Assembly (NCBI RefSeq): GCF_000485595.1
Contig: NW_014577082.1
Coordinates: 677,777-735,199 of the forward strand
Source of the DNA: Priapulus caudatus
Taxonomy: Eukaryota
Direction: 5' to 3'
Length of the DNA: 57,423 nt
The position numbers and the translations under genes are program-made. The notes under the pieces are model-generated. The model was not told the DNA's origin. It ran no database searches and saw nothing but the letters and a program-made list of their open reading frames with translations. This document shows positions 36,720 to 56,404 of this stretch, piece after piece. Every line of letters begins with the position of its first letter. Position 1 is the first letter of the stretch.

Positions 36720-39528
36720 GACTGTTGTTGTTGTTGGTGGTGGTTTGCAGCATCGAGTACTGGTTCCGCTGCATGGACCTGGATGGGGACGGCATGCTGT
36801 CCATGTATGAGCTCGAGTACTTCTACGAAGAGCAGCTGCAACGCATGGAGGCACTCGGCATCGAGACGCTGCCTTTCGAGGACTGTCTCTGTCAGGTGAG
36901 ACACACTGAGACGCCTAGAGCGTGGGGTGGATGGGGGGGTTGCAGTTAAGTCAGCAGCCGGGGGCCCATTGTCAAAACGTCATGGGTGTCCGTGTCATCG
37001 CAAGTCTCAAATGTCGTGAATCTTGGTGTGAATTGTAGTGCAGAACGGTGCGTTAGACTTTACGATTGTCATGGCTATGAAGTTTCCGACGACGTGGGCC
37101 TTGGGGTGGTACTGTTGTGACAGGGTGTGGAGATATCGTGAGCGCTGTGTTCACACACGCAGGCAAGCATTGTAATGTTGGATCGTGTAGGAGCAGGTAC
37201 TACACCCAGCCACTGCAGGTACTGCAGGTCGGTGGTGCGCGATACTACGGCTATGATTTGCAGTGTTAAAATTTACAGTTTCCGCGCGCAGCTTCTGACG
37301 TAGTCCGCAAATGCAGACGTTATAACTCCGCTTTGCTAATCTGAGGGTGCGGGTTTATCATTACTGGGGTCTGCGTCGGCTCGGACTACTTCTGACGTTG
37401 CTGCAGAGGCTGGCTTGTCTACAGTCATGTATCATGCATTCTCTCTGTTTACACCGCTTCTCCATCTCCCATGTAGTATCCTATAGTTGTAATGGCTGTG
37501 TAAAGTAGATAATATGTATGCGTATATAATATCATGTAACACCGATCTGTTTCAGATGTTGGACATGGTGAAACCTAAAGGAATAGGTGCGTACCCACAG
37601 TAATTGCTTCTTGCAAACTACTTTCGCAAAACTTTCTCGTGCCGACGTCACACAGATTAATTGCACAATCGATCAATTGCCGCTTGAATTCACATTAAGT
37701 GATCGTGTCCGAGGCAAGGACGAAGATAGTATTGGGTGGTGCGTGCCGGTACTTACCTTACAGGAGTGGAATTTGTTAATTCTGTGAACTGGTCTGTGTT
37801 TCGTGTGACTGGGGCTATCTAATAAGCTCAAAATGTCTATTAAGAACCATTGGAAAACATCACCTACTATCCCTACCGGTAGTCAACAGTGACGACCAGA
37901 CTTTGACCGATGGTACGAGACGTTTGGCGATAGTACGCGTCCTCTGCCTAGCCAGGCAAGATGGCCGATGCGACTGTGCGCGTCGTCTGCCTAGCCAGGC
38001 AAGATGGCCGACGCGACCGTGAGCGTCGTCTGCCTAGCCAGGCAAGATGGCCGATGCGACTGTGCGTGGCGTCTGCCTAGCCAGGCAAGATGGCCGACGC
38101 GACTGTGCGCATTGTCTGCCTAGCCAGGCAAGATGGCCGACGCAGCCGTGCGTGGCGTCTGCCTAGCCAGGCAAGTTAGCGGACGCGACCGCGCGCATTG
38201 TCTGCCAAGCCAGGCAAGATGGCCTACACAGCAGTGGCTGCCTGACCTGGTGTGCTAACAATGACTGCTGTATGAATCGTTGCAGGTGCGATAACGCTCT
38301 CTGACCTGAAGCGCTGTCAGATGACCCCCGTCTTCTTCGACACCTTCTTCAACCTGGAGAAATACCTGGATCACGAGCAGCGAGATCCGTTCGCCTCATC
38401 GCGGGTGAGTCCACGTGGCTGTACGCCGCCAACGTCAGCTATGCGCGGGGTCACGTGCGACGTTGGTGTAATGTCGTATACATCCCTCCTGCGGCAAACG
38501 CCGCCTCTACGTTGTGCATAGTCAAAAATGGTCAAGTCCGAGTCACGGTAACGACATGTCGTATGCTAGACGTGCCCACGCCCGTGCGTAATGTAGAAGG
38601 GGGGTGCTTGCCATAGGTTGGGACGTATACCATGTTACACTGATGCGCTCGTGTTGTTGTTCTGCTTTCATTGTGCTCCTGGCAGCAAGTGCCGCGCATG
38701 CACGTGCGCTTGGTTACCGGCGCCACCTGTCTACGGCTGTTTGCAGACATATTGCAGACGTGTCGTAATGCTGCACAGCCGCTGAGCTCGTGTGGTCGCG
38801 TGCGTCATCACCCGTCACGCTCGCGGCAGCGCAGCCGTCGAACGCGATGACTGACCTTCATCTGCCTTGTTTTTTTACACTGGAATTAATCCAGACGGTG
38901 TTACATGTCTCCGCACCGGTCCTAGGCTAGCGAGATGACACGTGATGTTATTTGTCATAGGATATGATACCATGTGATCCTGGAATGTTAGGATCTTGGA
39001 GTTACTCTCATCTCTACCCTAGTCATCAGGTTTATTCTCATCCCTGCCCTTGTCTTAGCAGACTCTAGCAGAGTTACAATCATCTCTACCATAGGCAACA
39101 GAGTTACACTTATTCCTGTACTTGTCAGTGGAATTACATTCATCCCTACCCTAGTCAGCAGGTTTACACTTGCCTCACTAGATCTCCTAGTCGGCAGAAT
39201 TAAACTCATTCCTACCCTAGTCTGGAGGGTCAAACTTTTCAATGTCACTTCACCATTCATTGTCTAATGCGGTCCACTCTTTAGGACGAGGAGGGACCAG
39301 AGATGTCTGACTGGGAGAAATACGCAGCGGAGGAATACGAACTGCTCGTCGCTGAAGAGGGCGCCACTGAGCCACAGGATGACGTGTGAGTGTTGTTGTC
39401 TCCGTTAGTGCTAGTGTCGTGGTCGCCCTCTCTAATTCTCATTCTCTCTCTATCGCTAACTCTTTCACTCTCTCACTCTTTCTCTCTTTCACATCCTCTC
39501 TCTTCCTCTCTCTTTCTCTCCCTTTCTT

Positions 39529-39574
<46 letters not shown>

Positions 39575-41064
39575 TCTCTCTATCTCTCTTTCTTTCTCTC
39601 TCTCTCTCTCTCTCATCATGCCTCGTGAATACTACTGAGTGTCTAAACCTGCAAATGTAAGCCAACACACATCTATATCTTATATTACTGTGTCATTGCT
39701 ACATAGTCTGTGACATTGCTGTATCTCCACATACACGCAGACACATGCACAAATGCACACTCTCTCTCTCTTTCTCTTTCTATTTCTCTGTTTGTCTTTG
39801 TCTCTCGCCTTCTCTCTCTTTCTCTCTCTAACTCTCTATCTCACTCTCTCGTTCTTTCTATCTATCTATCTCTCTCACTTGCTCTCTCTTTCCCTTTCTT
39901 TTTCTTTCTCTCTCTCTGTCTCTCTCTCTCTCTCTCTACATCTCCCTCTTCCTCTTTTTAGCTCAGCTGACGAAGTTAGATGCAGCTTGTAGAATCGCAT
40001 GATTGTCCGTCCGTCCGTCCATCCGTCCGTCAACAGTTGGACACAAATCTTAACCGCTCAACGTACGGTCTTGATATTCGGGACGTCGGGGGGGATCGCG
40101 AAAAGGACTCGGGATGTCGAATTTGGGGGGTCAAGGGTCAAAGGTCAAGATGTGTCAATGGAGGGGGAATATTCCCCCTTAACTTAAGGTATAGGAGGAA
40201 ATACGGAATTGCGGCACAAATCTCAACGGCTCGACCTACGCTCTTAATATTCGATGTATAGTGTGATAATAGCGCAAAATTGGAGGTCACAGGTCAAAGG
40301 GCTGTGGGGGAAAGGTCAGATATCAGACATTTTCTGAGGACATGGTCTAATGGACCGAGTGCAAAACTTTTTTGTTTTTAGCGCTGAGCTACCGTTTTTA
40401 TCACTTTATTGAAAGGACCATAAAATCTACTTTCCGCTGACGTGCGAAGAGTAAGTGTCTGATAACCTTTTAACTCTCAAGAGGAGGGTTAAACATGGAT
40501 TTTTTTAATGTTAACAAAGGACTGAACTGCTTTTTCTATTAGAGCCCCCTCCCCCCACCCTCCTCCACCACCACCACTACGCTCGCGCTCGACGCATATC
40601 CATGATAACATGTTAATATAGCGAAGTCATTAAAGTTGCACAGCTGTATCTTTATTACTGTACTACCAGTAGGTATAGCAAAGCCTATTATATATATTAG
40701 TACTTAGTAGTATTCTAGATATATTCTCTGAGCGCGAACGCGGTGGCAGGAGGGCGCATTTGATTCGGTTGCCAGTGAGTTTATCAGAAGAATACCTGGC
40801 TACAGTACACGTCAGTTGAGCGCTGTCGCTCTGCGGCACTTGTTCTCCTTCTCTATCTTCATGCCTTTACAACATTGCTGCGTGTGTCTCCGCAGGGCGG
40901 TGATGTATGACGACGACTTTGAGCCGGACGACGATGACGTCATCTCGACGACGGACGTCAGCGGCGGCGGCAAGAGCAGCAAGAGCGACAACGTGCGGCC
41001 GCGCGTCGACGACGACGACGAGGGAGACTACGCCGAGGGCGAGGAGTACGACGTGAAGACGTGA
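8724..41064 (+). CDS. PPP2R3B: PP2A regulatory subunit B'' (PR70/PR72/PR130 family), spliced gene; PR70-type isoform about 635 aa
   Basis: Exons 8724-8881, 10567-10703, 14141-14262, 19699-19962, 27257-27360, 27788-27890, 29260-29334, 29806-29892, 34972-35128, 35917-36052, 36751-36895, 37556-37586, 38286-38404, 39285-39385 and 40896-41064 are all GT-AG bounded with matching phases (1908 nt). Family motifs: [54 protein letters not shown]-hand [17 protein letters not shown]. Co-ortholog of PPP2R3A and PPP2R3B. Confidence 0.95.
9185..9480 (+). mobile_element. Copy of the CAGGG MITE inserted in a (TA)n tract
   Basis: Same termini and internal sequence as 49747-50097. A degraded duplicate lies at about 3436-3765. 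Confidence 0.8.
10567..10703 (+). CDS. PPP2R3B: B'' exon 2 (Ser/Pro-rich linker)
   Basis: tttcag| acceptor and |gtgagc donor. Reads [45 protein letters not shown]; phase 2 in, phase 1 out, matching its neighbours. Confidence 0.8.
12507..12858 (-). mobile_element. Copy of the CAGGG MITE, reverse orientation
   Basis: Reverse complement of 49747-50097. A degraded duplicate lies at about 7107-7470. Confidence 0.8.
13575..14110 (+). repeat. 78-bp tandem repeat, about 7 copies
   Basis: Unit CTACTCTACACTCACGCCACTCCCCTATACACCTCCTTGCTGCTGCTTTTTGGCCCGCCTCTCACCCCGTCCACCCAG. Confidence 0.9.
14141..14262 (+). CDS. PPP2R3B: B'' exon 3 (linker, possibly a cassette)
   Basis: ttgcag| acceptor and |gtgaga donor. 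Open frame [41 protein letters not shown] converts phase 1 to phase 0, as needed to join exon 4. Confidence 0.65.
15683..15826 (+). CDS. PPP2R3A: Putative alternative first exon, PR72-type N-terminus
   Basis: [48 protein letters not shown] versus human PR72 ...LRGELAFLARGCDFVLPSRFKKRLKSFQQTQ (recalled). The donor after CAG reads cgagcg and is not canonical as assembled. Confidence 0.55.
18391..18960 (+). CDS. PPP2R3A: Putative alternative first exon (5' part), PR130-type N-terminus
   Basis: Strong Kozak context GCCGCCATGG and very high GC3. [25 protein letters not shown]...[12 protein letters not shown] resembles human PR130 LVVSTVNHYSSVVIDRRFEQAIHYC...GIDCIVVHHSVC (recalled). The 3' boundary is uncertain. 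Confidence 0.7.
19699..19962 (+). CDS. PPP2R3B: B'' first common exon (IPRFYFP motif)
   Basis: ttacag| acceptor and AAG|gtacgt donor. Reads KLTEAK...[14 protein letters not shown]...[11 protein letters not shown]; phase 0/0. Confidence 0.92.
20020..20175 (+). repeat. 21-bp tandem repeat
   Basis: (CAGTATGTTGCAGGGGTCAGA)n. The same array resumes at 26747-26888 after a gap. Confidence 0.92.
20176..21342 (+). CDS. Large GC-rich coding segment, probably the 3' part of the PR130-type exon
   Basis: 389 open codons with strong GC3 bias, encoding a Glu/Pro/Thr-Ala-rich disordered protein. Ends at a phase-0 donor GAG|gtaacg (21343). It starts abruptly after a tandem repeat with no convincing acceptor. 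Confidence 0.65.
23490..24370 (+). repeat. 23-bp minisatellite
   Basis: (CATTGACTRAACAATACTAACAA)n, progressively degraded; remnants continue to about 24950. Confidence 0.85.
24371..24803. mobile_element. Tourist/Harbinger-like MITE inserted in a minisatellite
   Basis: Imperfect TIRs AGGCGCGTTTTCACAC and GTGTGAACGCACCT. It is a GC-richer block interrupting the 23-bp array. Confidence 0.55.
26747..26888 (+). repeat. 21-bp tandem repeat (same unit as 20020-20175)
   Basis: (CAGTATGTTGCAGGGGTCAGA)n immediately after the N gap at 26737-26746. Confidence 0.92.
27257..27360 (+). CDS. PPP2R3B: B'' core exon
   Basis: [34 protein letters not shown]; ttgcag| and |gtgagt. Confidence 0.95.
27380..27434 (+). 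repeat. (CTG)n microsatellite
   Basis: About 17 CTG units starting about 20 nt after the donor at 27361. Confidence 0.95.
27788..27890 (+). CDS. PPP2R3B: B'' core exon
   Basis: [34 protein letters not shown]; ttttag| and |gtaagc. Confidence 0.95.
28111..28360 (+). repeat. 27-bp pyrimidine-rich tandem repeat
   Basis: (CCCCTCTTCCCCCGTCCTCCCTACGTT)n, about 9 copies. Confidence 0.9.
29260..29334 (+). CDS. PPP2R3B: B'' core exon
   Basis: [25 protein letters not shown]; ttccag| and |gtaagc. Confidence 0.95.
29806..29892 (+). CDS. PPP2R3B: B'' core exon
   Basis: [29 protein letters not shown]; ttgcag| and |gtaggg. Confidence 0.95.
30200..33315 (+). repeat. 42-bp G-rich satellite spanning an assembly gap
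   Basis: (TAGATAGTGGTACAGTAGGTGGTAGGAGGTGGTGTTGGGGGG)n. Gap at 30595-31146; 31147-31480 is a noisy repeat of 29955-30240. Confidence 0.92.
34972..35128 (+). CDS. PPP2R3B: B'' core exon (EF-hand 1 region)
   Basis: [52 protein letters not shown]; tggcag| and |gtgaga. Confidence 0.97.
35917..36052 (+). CDS. PPP2R3B: B'' core exon
   Basis: [44 protein letters not shown]; ttgcag| and |gtcagt. Confidence 0.96.
36305..36740 (+). repeat. (GTT)n microsatellite and derived repeats
   Basis: Long GTT runs punctuated by GACT, directly upstream of the exon at 36751. Confidence 0.92.
36751..36895 (+). CDS. PPP2R3B: B'' core exon (EF-hand 2)
   Basis: [48 protein letters not shown]; ttgcag| and |gtgaga. 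Confidence 0.97.
37556..37586 (+). CDS. PPP2R3B: B'' core micro-exon (31 nt)
   Basis: [10 protein letters not shown]; tttcag| and |gtgcgt; phase 0 to phase 1. Confidence 0.92.
37942..38226 (+). repeat. 43-bp tandem repeat, about 7 copies
   Basis: (GTCTGCCTAGCCAGGCAAGATGGCCGAYGCGACTGTGCGCGTC)n. Confidence 0.92.
38286..38404 (+). CDS. PPP2R3B: B'' core exon
   Basis: [39 protein letters not shown]; ttgcag| and |gtgagt. Confidence 0.96.
39285..39385 (+). CDS. PPP2R3B: B'' penultimate exon
   Basis: [33 protein letters not shown]; ctttag| and |gtgagt. Confidence 0.95.
39955..40400 (+). mobile_element. Helentron-associated/DINE-like non-autonomous element (tentative)
   Basis: Starts in a T-run with an imperfect hairpin AGCTCAGCTGAC-GAA-GTTAGATGCAGCT, then (GTCC)n and repeated AGGTCA motifs, and ends near GCTGAGCT. 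Confidence 0.45.
40896..41064 (+). CDS. PPP2R3B: B'' last coding exon (acidic tail)
   Basis: ccgcag| acceptor; phase 2 fits. Reads [14 protein letters not shown]...EGEEYDVKT followed by a stop. Confidence 0.85.
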
Positions 41065-43769
41065 CACCCTCCTCCTCCTCCTCCTCCTCCTCCTCCTCCT
41101 TCACCTCTCCTCCTGCTACTCTCCCTCCTCCTCCTCCTCCTCCTCCTCGTTCGTCGCTGCTGCTACTGCTGCCGCCGCGTGATGGGTTAGGACGGATGCG
41201 TGCGGGGGTGTGGATGCCGGACGAAGGGGAGAGGAGCACTGGATGCTGTCGCGAGGCTGCCACCGCATGCCGTCGACGTCCCATCGGGATTCTGCGCGAC
41301 GCACAGCATCCGACGGTCCGGCCGGTAGGTGGCGCTCGCGTGGGTGGCAGCATCATTGTGGCGTCAGGAGGGCCATGACACGAGCAATATCACCATATCA
41401 GACAACAAGACGCAGCCGCGGGGTCACCGCGGGGTCACCGCGGGGTCGCTAGCGGGAAAATCCTCAGTGGGCGCTTTGCGGCGCTCCTGGCGAAAATCCT
41501 CGCGAATCTCTCCGACGCGGCGGCTGTTGTAAAGCGATCTCAGTGGCGCCACCTGGAGTGAGTTTCGTTACCGTGTGAGATATCTTGAGAGAGAGACGGA
41601 GGCCCCGGATCATTGTGACGAATAGGAAATTGGCCTCGGTTGAAAACCTGACATCGGCTGTTCGATCGCAGCGTGCGCGCGAGAGTAGACACACATACGT
41701 GTAGGTATGTAGGTAGCGACAGCCAGCCCGAAAAGCTTTACTGTAAAAAAATATTTATGAGACGTGATTATAAGAGTGACATTTGCTGTGAGAAGCAGGT
41801 AGAGCCTGATGCTGAGAATGAAACAAATGTCGGCTGTATCGGTGCGACGGAATAATCCAGATCTGATTATGATATTCACGTGGTCGGTCGCAGCAGTGTA
41901 CCCGCGGTCTCATGGACGCACTGGGTGGTTATTAGGGTTCGTGAGTATGCTAGTCACTGCATTGTCAGTCAGTCACCTGTGCAAGTTGTTTAGTCAGTCA
42001 CAACGTCGCACAACCCCCGAACACTGTACCGATATTTTATGACTATTTATGAAGCCCTCGCGGTGAGACAGATCTTTATTACTAATAGACTTAGTATCCG
42101 TGTGTTCAGACTGGTGCGCACGCACCGTACACACACTATGTACACACACGCGTGATGCGTGCGTGCTCTCAGTGCATAAGCATACATATCCATATACATG
42201 TCTATACACGCATGCACACGCACGCACACACGCGCTTACACGCACACACACACACATACACACACACTCACTATCTTTCTCTTTCTCACACACACACACA
42301 CATATACACACTCCCGCGCGAGGGGCAGAGATCTTAACGATATCTTTAATATATGAGGTTTGCTCATGTAACCTGGTGCAAGATCTATTCTTCTACCTGT
42401 TATCGACGGCCGTTTTCGTCTCGTTGTTGACTAATATTTAGAGGCTTACGGGTTCCTAGAGTGCTTGGACTCACGCGTGATCGTGCACGCCTACACCCTG
42501 TATGTCACAGCGTGTTGCTAGTGCAGTGAGAGTTGCACTGAGCTTGTGCAGAGAATCGGCTTATAGGGTGACTGCGTGCCAGTCCGCGCACGCAGGTGCA
42601 TGGGGCATGCGACACTTCTGTTCTCACGTCTGTGACTTTGGGCGTGTGACGCACTCGCGACGCACCCACGTGCCGTCACGACGCGCCCCGTGATGTCACG
42701 ACGCGCCCCGTGATGTCACGACGCGCCCCGTGATGTCGGCATGCAGTTGTTCGTATTTGCTCGTGTCGAATATTTGTCGTGCTGCTGTGAATCGATGCAT
42801 AGTGCGCACAACGAAACATGGGTGCTTCTTTTCTTTGGCTTGCTGGCTGTGTTTAGCAACCCCTTATCTCCCCTCTCTGATGTGTTAGTATAGTCGCCTC
42901 GTGGCACTCGCCACTTCACCGTAGTGTGGGTCATCAGACTCACTGCTCCATCGATGTGTCACGCTCGTTCGACCCGGGAAAGGAGGGCCTAATGAAGTGA
43001 GACTGGGTATTTGACTGATGGGAAAAAGCGGAGCCTATGTGTGATAGGGTGAGGGGCCAGTTAGAGAAGGGAGAAAGGAACAGTTGTGAAATTTATCAGC
43101 TGTGATGTTGATCTGCCAAGAGTTGCGTGTGACTTTCATTATTTGAAATGACAAAAGGAATCTGTTCAACAATTGCCGATAATGCCGTGGTTAGTAACCT
43201 TAATTGAGCGCAATTTTCTCTTGTCGCACCAGGAAATTACTATTTTACCTGCTTTACAGATTGCTGCATAGTCTCGCTAATTGATGCCAGATTATTTCAA
43301 AGCACGAGTCAACGGGTGAGAAGTTTTACGTAATTAAAATGCGTAGCTGCATATCAGTTGTTGCAGAGGCTATTGCAGAGTATGGGTTTCCCGCACAAGG
43401 TATCTAACGTTAACGAGACACTAATTTAACCGGCCAAGAGATATTAATAAAATGAAGGAGATTTATCAGTGTTTGCAATGTCAGATGCATTTGTACGAAA
43501 AAATTCGCTTAGTATTATTAGTGCACCAACCATACTTGCCATCAAGAGCGTATAAAGAAGGTCTTCTTTATCCTTCTTTATACGCTCTTGATGCCATGCC
43601 GCAACATGTGAGTTCCTGTGTGTTGTGTGATTTGTTGTACGTTGCCATGGAGATTGTATTGCCGTTTTAGTGAGGCGTGTTCCCTATGCATTTATTTATC
43701 AAATGCAGTCATTCTGTCGAGATTGAAAGGCATGATGCAGTCAGCAGTAGTGTCATCTGCTTGTGTTAA

Positions 43770-43771
<2 letters not shown>

Positions 43772-43813
<42 letters not shown>

Positions 43814-43890
43814 CGTGCGTGTGTGCGTGTGCGTGCGTGCGTGCGTGCGTGTGTGTGTGTGTGTGCACGCGCGCGTGCGTGCGTGTGTGG
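43772..43890 (+). repeat. (GT)n/(GTGC)n microsatellite
   Basis: Seen directly in the sequence. Confidence 0.95.
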
Positions 43891-44839
43891 CAACCAGTGG
43901 TTGGCAGCTTGCCAGCATAGCTGAATGGGCGAAAAGCAATAGCGTTTTGTCTGTGCTGTGTTGTGCTGTAATAGTAAATACGTATAAGTTTGAAGCTGCA
44001 CTTACAATTAAAGCATTAACACTTGTCGTCGTCGCCGCTACTTTGCGTGCATATCGCGACAGTGTTCAGTCATCGATGCTTTCAGCCTGATACTAGCGAC
44101 CATTTTTCATTCCCTCCCTGCTTCTTGGCTTTGAGTGAACTCTCGCTACCTATTTCCTTAGTCTAGCCTAGCTGTGACCAATACTCGCGTCTTCTCCTGC
44201 ATCGGCTATGTAGGGGTGACTACTCGTGCCCTACTCTGAAGCTCTCTTACTCTAATAGGCCCATGGTGTAGGATTCAGTTCTCTAGGCCACGCGGTCGTA
44301 CTAATGTCCAACGGCCTATGCTTACGTCTAGCTCTTACACCCACCCCTTAACCTTGTGGTGCCAAACACTGTTCACTACTTTATACTTGTAGAAGTATTC
44401 GCTTTGTCTCCGATGTTGTGAGTCCCTCCGTCCAGCAGTGTGTCCCGCAGTTTGGAGTCGGATTGTCGGAGCAGGCCGACTGTTGCCAGGCAACGGGCAA
44501 CGCTCGCCCGGCAGCTGCAACAATCTCCCCTCTGTTTAGCATGAAATTGTTTAAGCGCCGCGAACGAGACGAGGCGCAATTTGACAGCTTTTACGGCGAG
44601 ATTTTTTATAGATTTTGTATCTCCGTGCATTTTATTCCGTTAGTGACGTGTCCCGCGCAGCTCTATTGAATACGCCTGGTGTCGACTCATTGCGCATGCC
44701 AGACATTGTGTAGGTGTGGTGGTGATTGTTTTCACACACACGCACCTGATAATGTATATGCAGGGCATTGTTCCATTACCAAATGTTTGGTAATGTCAAG
44801 GCATAGTCTTGAAACGTTATTATACATGCTAAACTGTAT

Positions 44840-45126
44840 AATAAAAGCATGTTGTTGATTTATTTGACAAGCATGGTGTTGCGCGAGCTTGGTCTTTATG
44901 CATTAGGCATTTGTGGTACTGCGCAGGCATGGTAGTTAAAGAGTTGTCATGTTCAGCCGATTTACCAAAGCGTAGAGATGTGAATTTTTAGTGTTTATTT
45001 ATTGAATATGCAATTATATATTCTTAGCAGCACAACGATATTATGAACGTTAACGCTTATTTTGACGCTTTCTGTAAATTTTATGCAATTTGCTAAACTT
45101 CAGACTGTGTTATTTATGTGAATAAA
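44840..45126 (+). terminator. Candidate polyadenylation signals of the B'' gene
   Basis: AATAAA at 44840-44845 and 45121-45126, each followed by GT/T-rich sequence. Confidence 0.45.
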
Positions 45127-45965
45127 AACCCCATGTTAAAGCAGTCGTTTTTTCTATGCTACTTTCAATATTTTAGGACATCACAAACCTTACTGCGCAT
45201 ATCACAAATTATGGTTCACTGGTGTGAAAGCACGCTCTTTATAAACAAGATGCATTGCAAACACTTGATTCACCTGTACTCAAACTCACAAACAATACTT
45301 GTTTGTGATTCTACCAGTTTTCGTTACACTCCTCAAATATGAGCATATGAGTGAAGAGTCACAGGATATAAACGTGCATGCACATTACAGATGTAAAGAA
45401 GACTATGAATAAGAAATGAAAACATAAATATTTAATCATTACTCTCCCTCGCACACACGATGTTCACATAGAGCCGTCGAACTGCCCATCATCTGTTAAA
45501 TTATCACTTCACCAATTTATAGAATCAACAGCCAATATTAGGCCTATTGCACGTGTATACATCATATATACCCATCACAACTTCTTGCTAATTTTGGTCC
45601 CAGGGTAGTATGTTCACTACCATCAAACCTGAAAGTGTAACGGGATAGCAGAATATGCTTTATGGGATGAGATAGGTAATTTTTTTGTCAAGTCCACCTA
45701 TTAGAATTGGTGTGACGCCACGTACAACCAAACTACATTTTGGCCTCTGCAGCATTAGCCAGTAATGCCCAACTTATTTTTCACGAGGTGTTTAGAGTGT
45801 GCAAACTTTTAAACAAACTTACAACAGAATTGTTTTTCATGACAGCAAATAAGAGTGGATGGATTTACAATAGTGCAATAATCAACACATGATTACCTGT
45901 CTGCAACCGACACATTTAAACAACGGAATCTCGAGCGATCACGCATCTCAAGCGGGTTATGAGAT

Positions 45966-46094
45966 AGCGCCCCTAGCGACCAAGCAGGTTGTAAGGCAGC
46001 GCCCCCTAGCGACCAAGCGGGTTGTAAGGCAGTGCCCCTAGCGACCAAGCAGGTTATAAAGTAGGGCCCCCCTAGTGACCAAGCAGGTTGTAAG
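45966..46094. repeat. Tandem repeat of about 33 bp, 4 copies
   Basis: (GCGCCCCCTAGCGACCAAGCAGGTTGTAAGGCA)n. Confidence 0.88.
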
Positions 46095-46176
46095 TCTTAG
46101 CACCCGCTAGTGACGAAGCAGCTCGCAAGGCTAAGCACCATCGCGAGGCCAGAGAGAATGCGAGCCGGGATGATGG

Positions 46177-55194
<9,018 letters not shown>

Positions 55195-55477
55195 GACTTA
55201 GCGCATTGGGCGGAGCCTGTTGATTGTTATAGCTGACGTAATCACATAAAAATCACGATTATATATAATACACATATTTATACATATGTTTTAAAGTATC
55301 GAGTTAGATTTAACTGTAACGCAACGTGTTGTACGTTTAATTTAAGTGAATGCAATTAGTTTTGAATTTATATACACCGAGGTCCATATCCGTACTACAC
55401 CACGTTAGCTTCCGGTATCAGTGTAGCAGACAAGTGTTGGTGTTTTTATTACAGCTGTTACTCAATTACTGTTAAAA
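55195..55477. promoter_or_regulatory. Bidirectional promoter FARSA/GCDH
   Basis: Short interval between divergent genes. It contains ATTGG (CCAAT) overlapping a GGGCGG GC-box (about 55205-55213), a CRE-like TGACGTAA (about 55234) and an ETS-like CTTCCGG (about 55409). Confidence 0.6.
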
Positions 55478-55564
55478 ATGTCATATCTTCAAATGTATTC
55501 GACGGACATTTTGCAGAAATGCAATATTACCCAAATCGTCAAATTTTTCGTTGTTATGTGAACT
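55478..55564 (+). CDS. GCDH: Possible GCDH first exon (mitochondrial presequence)
   Basis: AAAATG start and a candidate donor |gtatcg upstream of the GCDH exon that begins at an acceptor. The frame does not read through cleanly (noisy region). Confidence 0.3.
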
Positions 55565-55764
55565 GTATCGCTTGAACAATAATGCATTATGTGTTTATAG
55601 TATACTACAGTACTAGTATAGACTAGTAGTAGTAGTAGTATACTCTATATTATATAGACTATAGTAATTAGTACTATTACTATTACTATTACTATAGTAT
55701 AATTATTACTGCTAGCATTAGTGATAGTGGCACTGGTACTGACTACTGGTAGTGCCTAGTGTAA

Positions 55765-55923
55765 AGCTCTAATGCTATAGCCCGCGGATAGCTGCCGCAG
55801 GCTATCTCGGCTATATACCTGCGGCTACCTCGGCTATATACCTGCGGCTACCTCGGCTATATACCTGCGGCTACCTCGGCTATATACCTGCGGCAGCTAT
55901 CCGCGGGCTATAGTACTAGAGCT
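55765..55923. mobile_element. Short palindromic element with internal 22-bp repeats
   Basis: Arms AGCTCTAATGCTATAGCCCGCGGATAGCTGCCGCAGG and CCTGCGGCAGCTATCCGCGGGCTATAGTACTAGAGCT; internal (CTCGGCTATATACCTGCGGCTAC)n. Its terminus is shared with 253-898. Confidence 0.65.
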
Positions 55924-56404
55924 ATGTCTAGTGGTACTGTACTACTGTAGTCTGTACTGTACTACTGCTGGTAGTGGTACTGGTAGGCCAATATACAAAA
56001 TATTTCAAAATACACAATCATTGTGACAATGCACGTTCCTCAAATGTCCTTGGGTTTAGTGTTACAATATGATATATGGCTCTAAAAGCAATTTCTTGTT
56101 AATATAATTAAGAGAATAAGACTATATCATTGATAGTATCAATGGCAATGGCTTTGTTTCTTAATGATTAAACCAACAAACATAAAGTTTTAAAGTAAAA
56201 TATTCCTGTGGCTGTGATTCACTACACTAGATCATTTATTTAGGCATCTTCCAGATTCTAAGATTTATATAGGGAAATCCTTGATCCTTGATCTAAGCAC
56301 TTCTGAGCTGTAGTGTTCTCTTTGTATGGTAGGCACTTAATATTGTATAGTTGTCTCTAGTAACACTCTAGTAGGTTAGAACTTCCTTAACTGAGTTCAT
56401 ATAG

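Noticed and set aside
36437..36904. PolyQ/N/T ORFs
   Set aside because: Translations of the (GTT)n microsatellite.
37942..38226. CRISPR-like array
   Set aside because: The locus is eukaryotic, the apparent spacers are homologous to each other, and there are no cas genes. It is a minisatellite.
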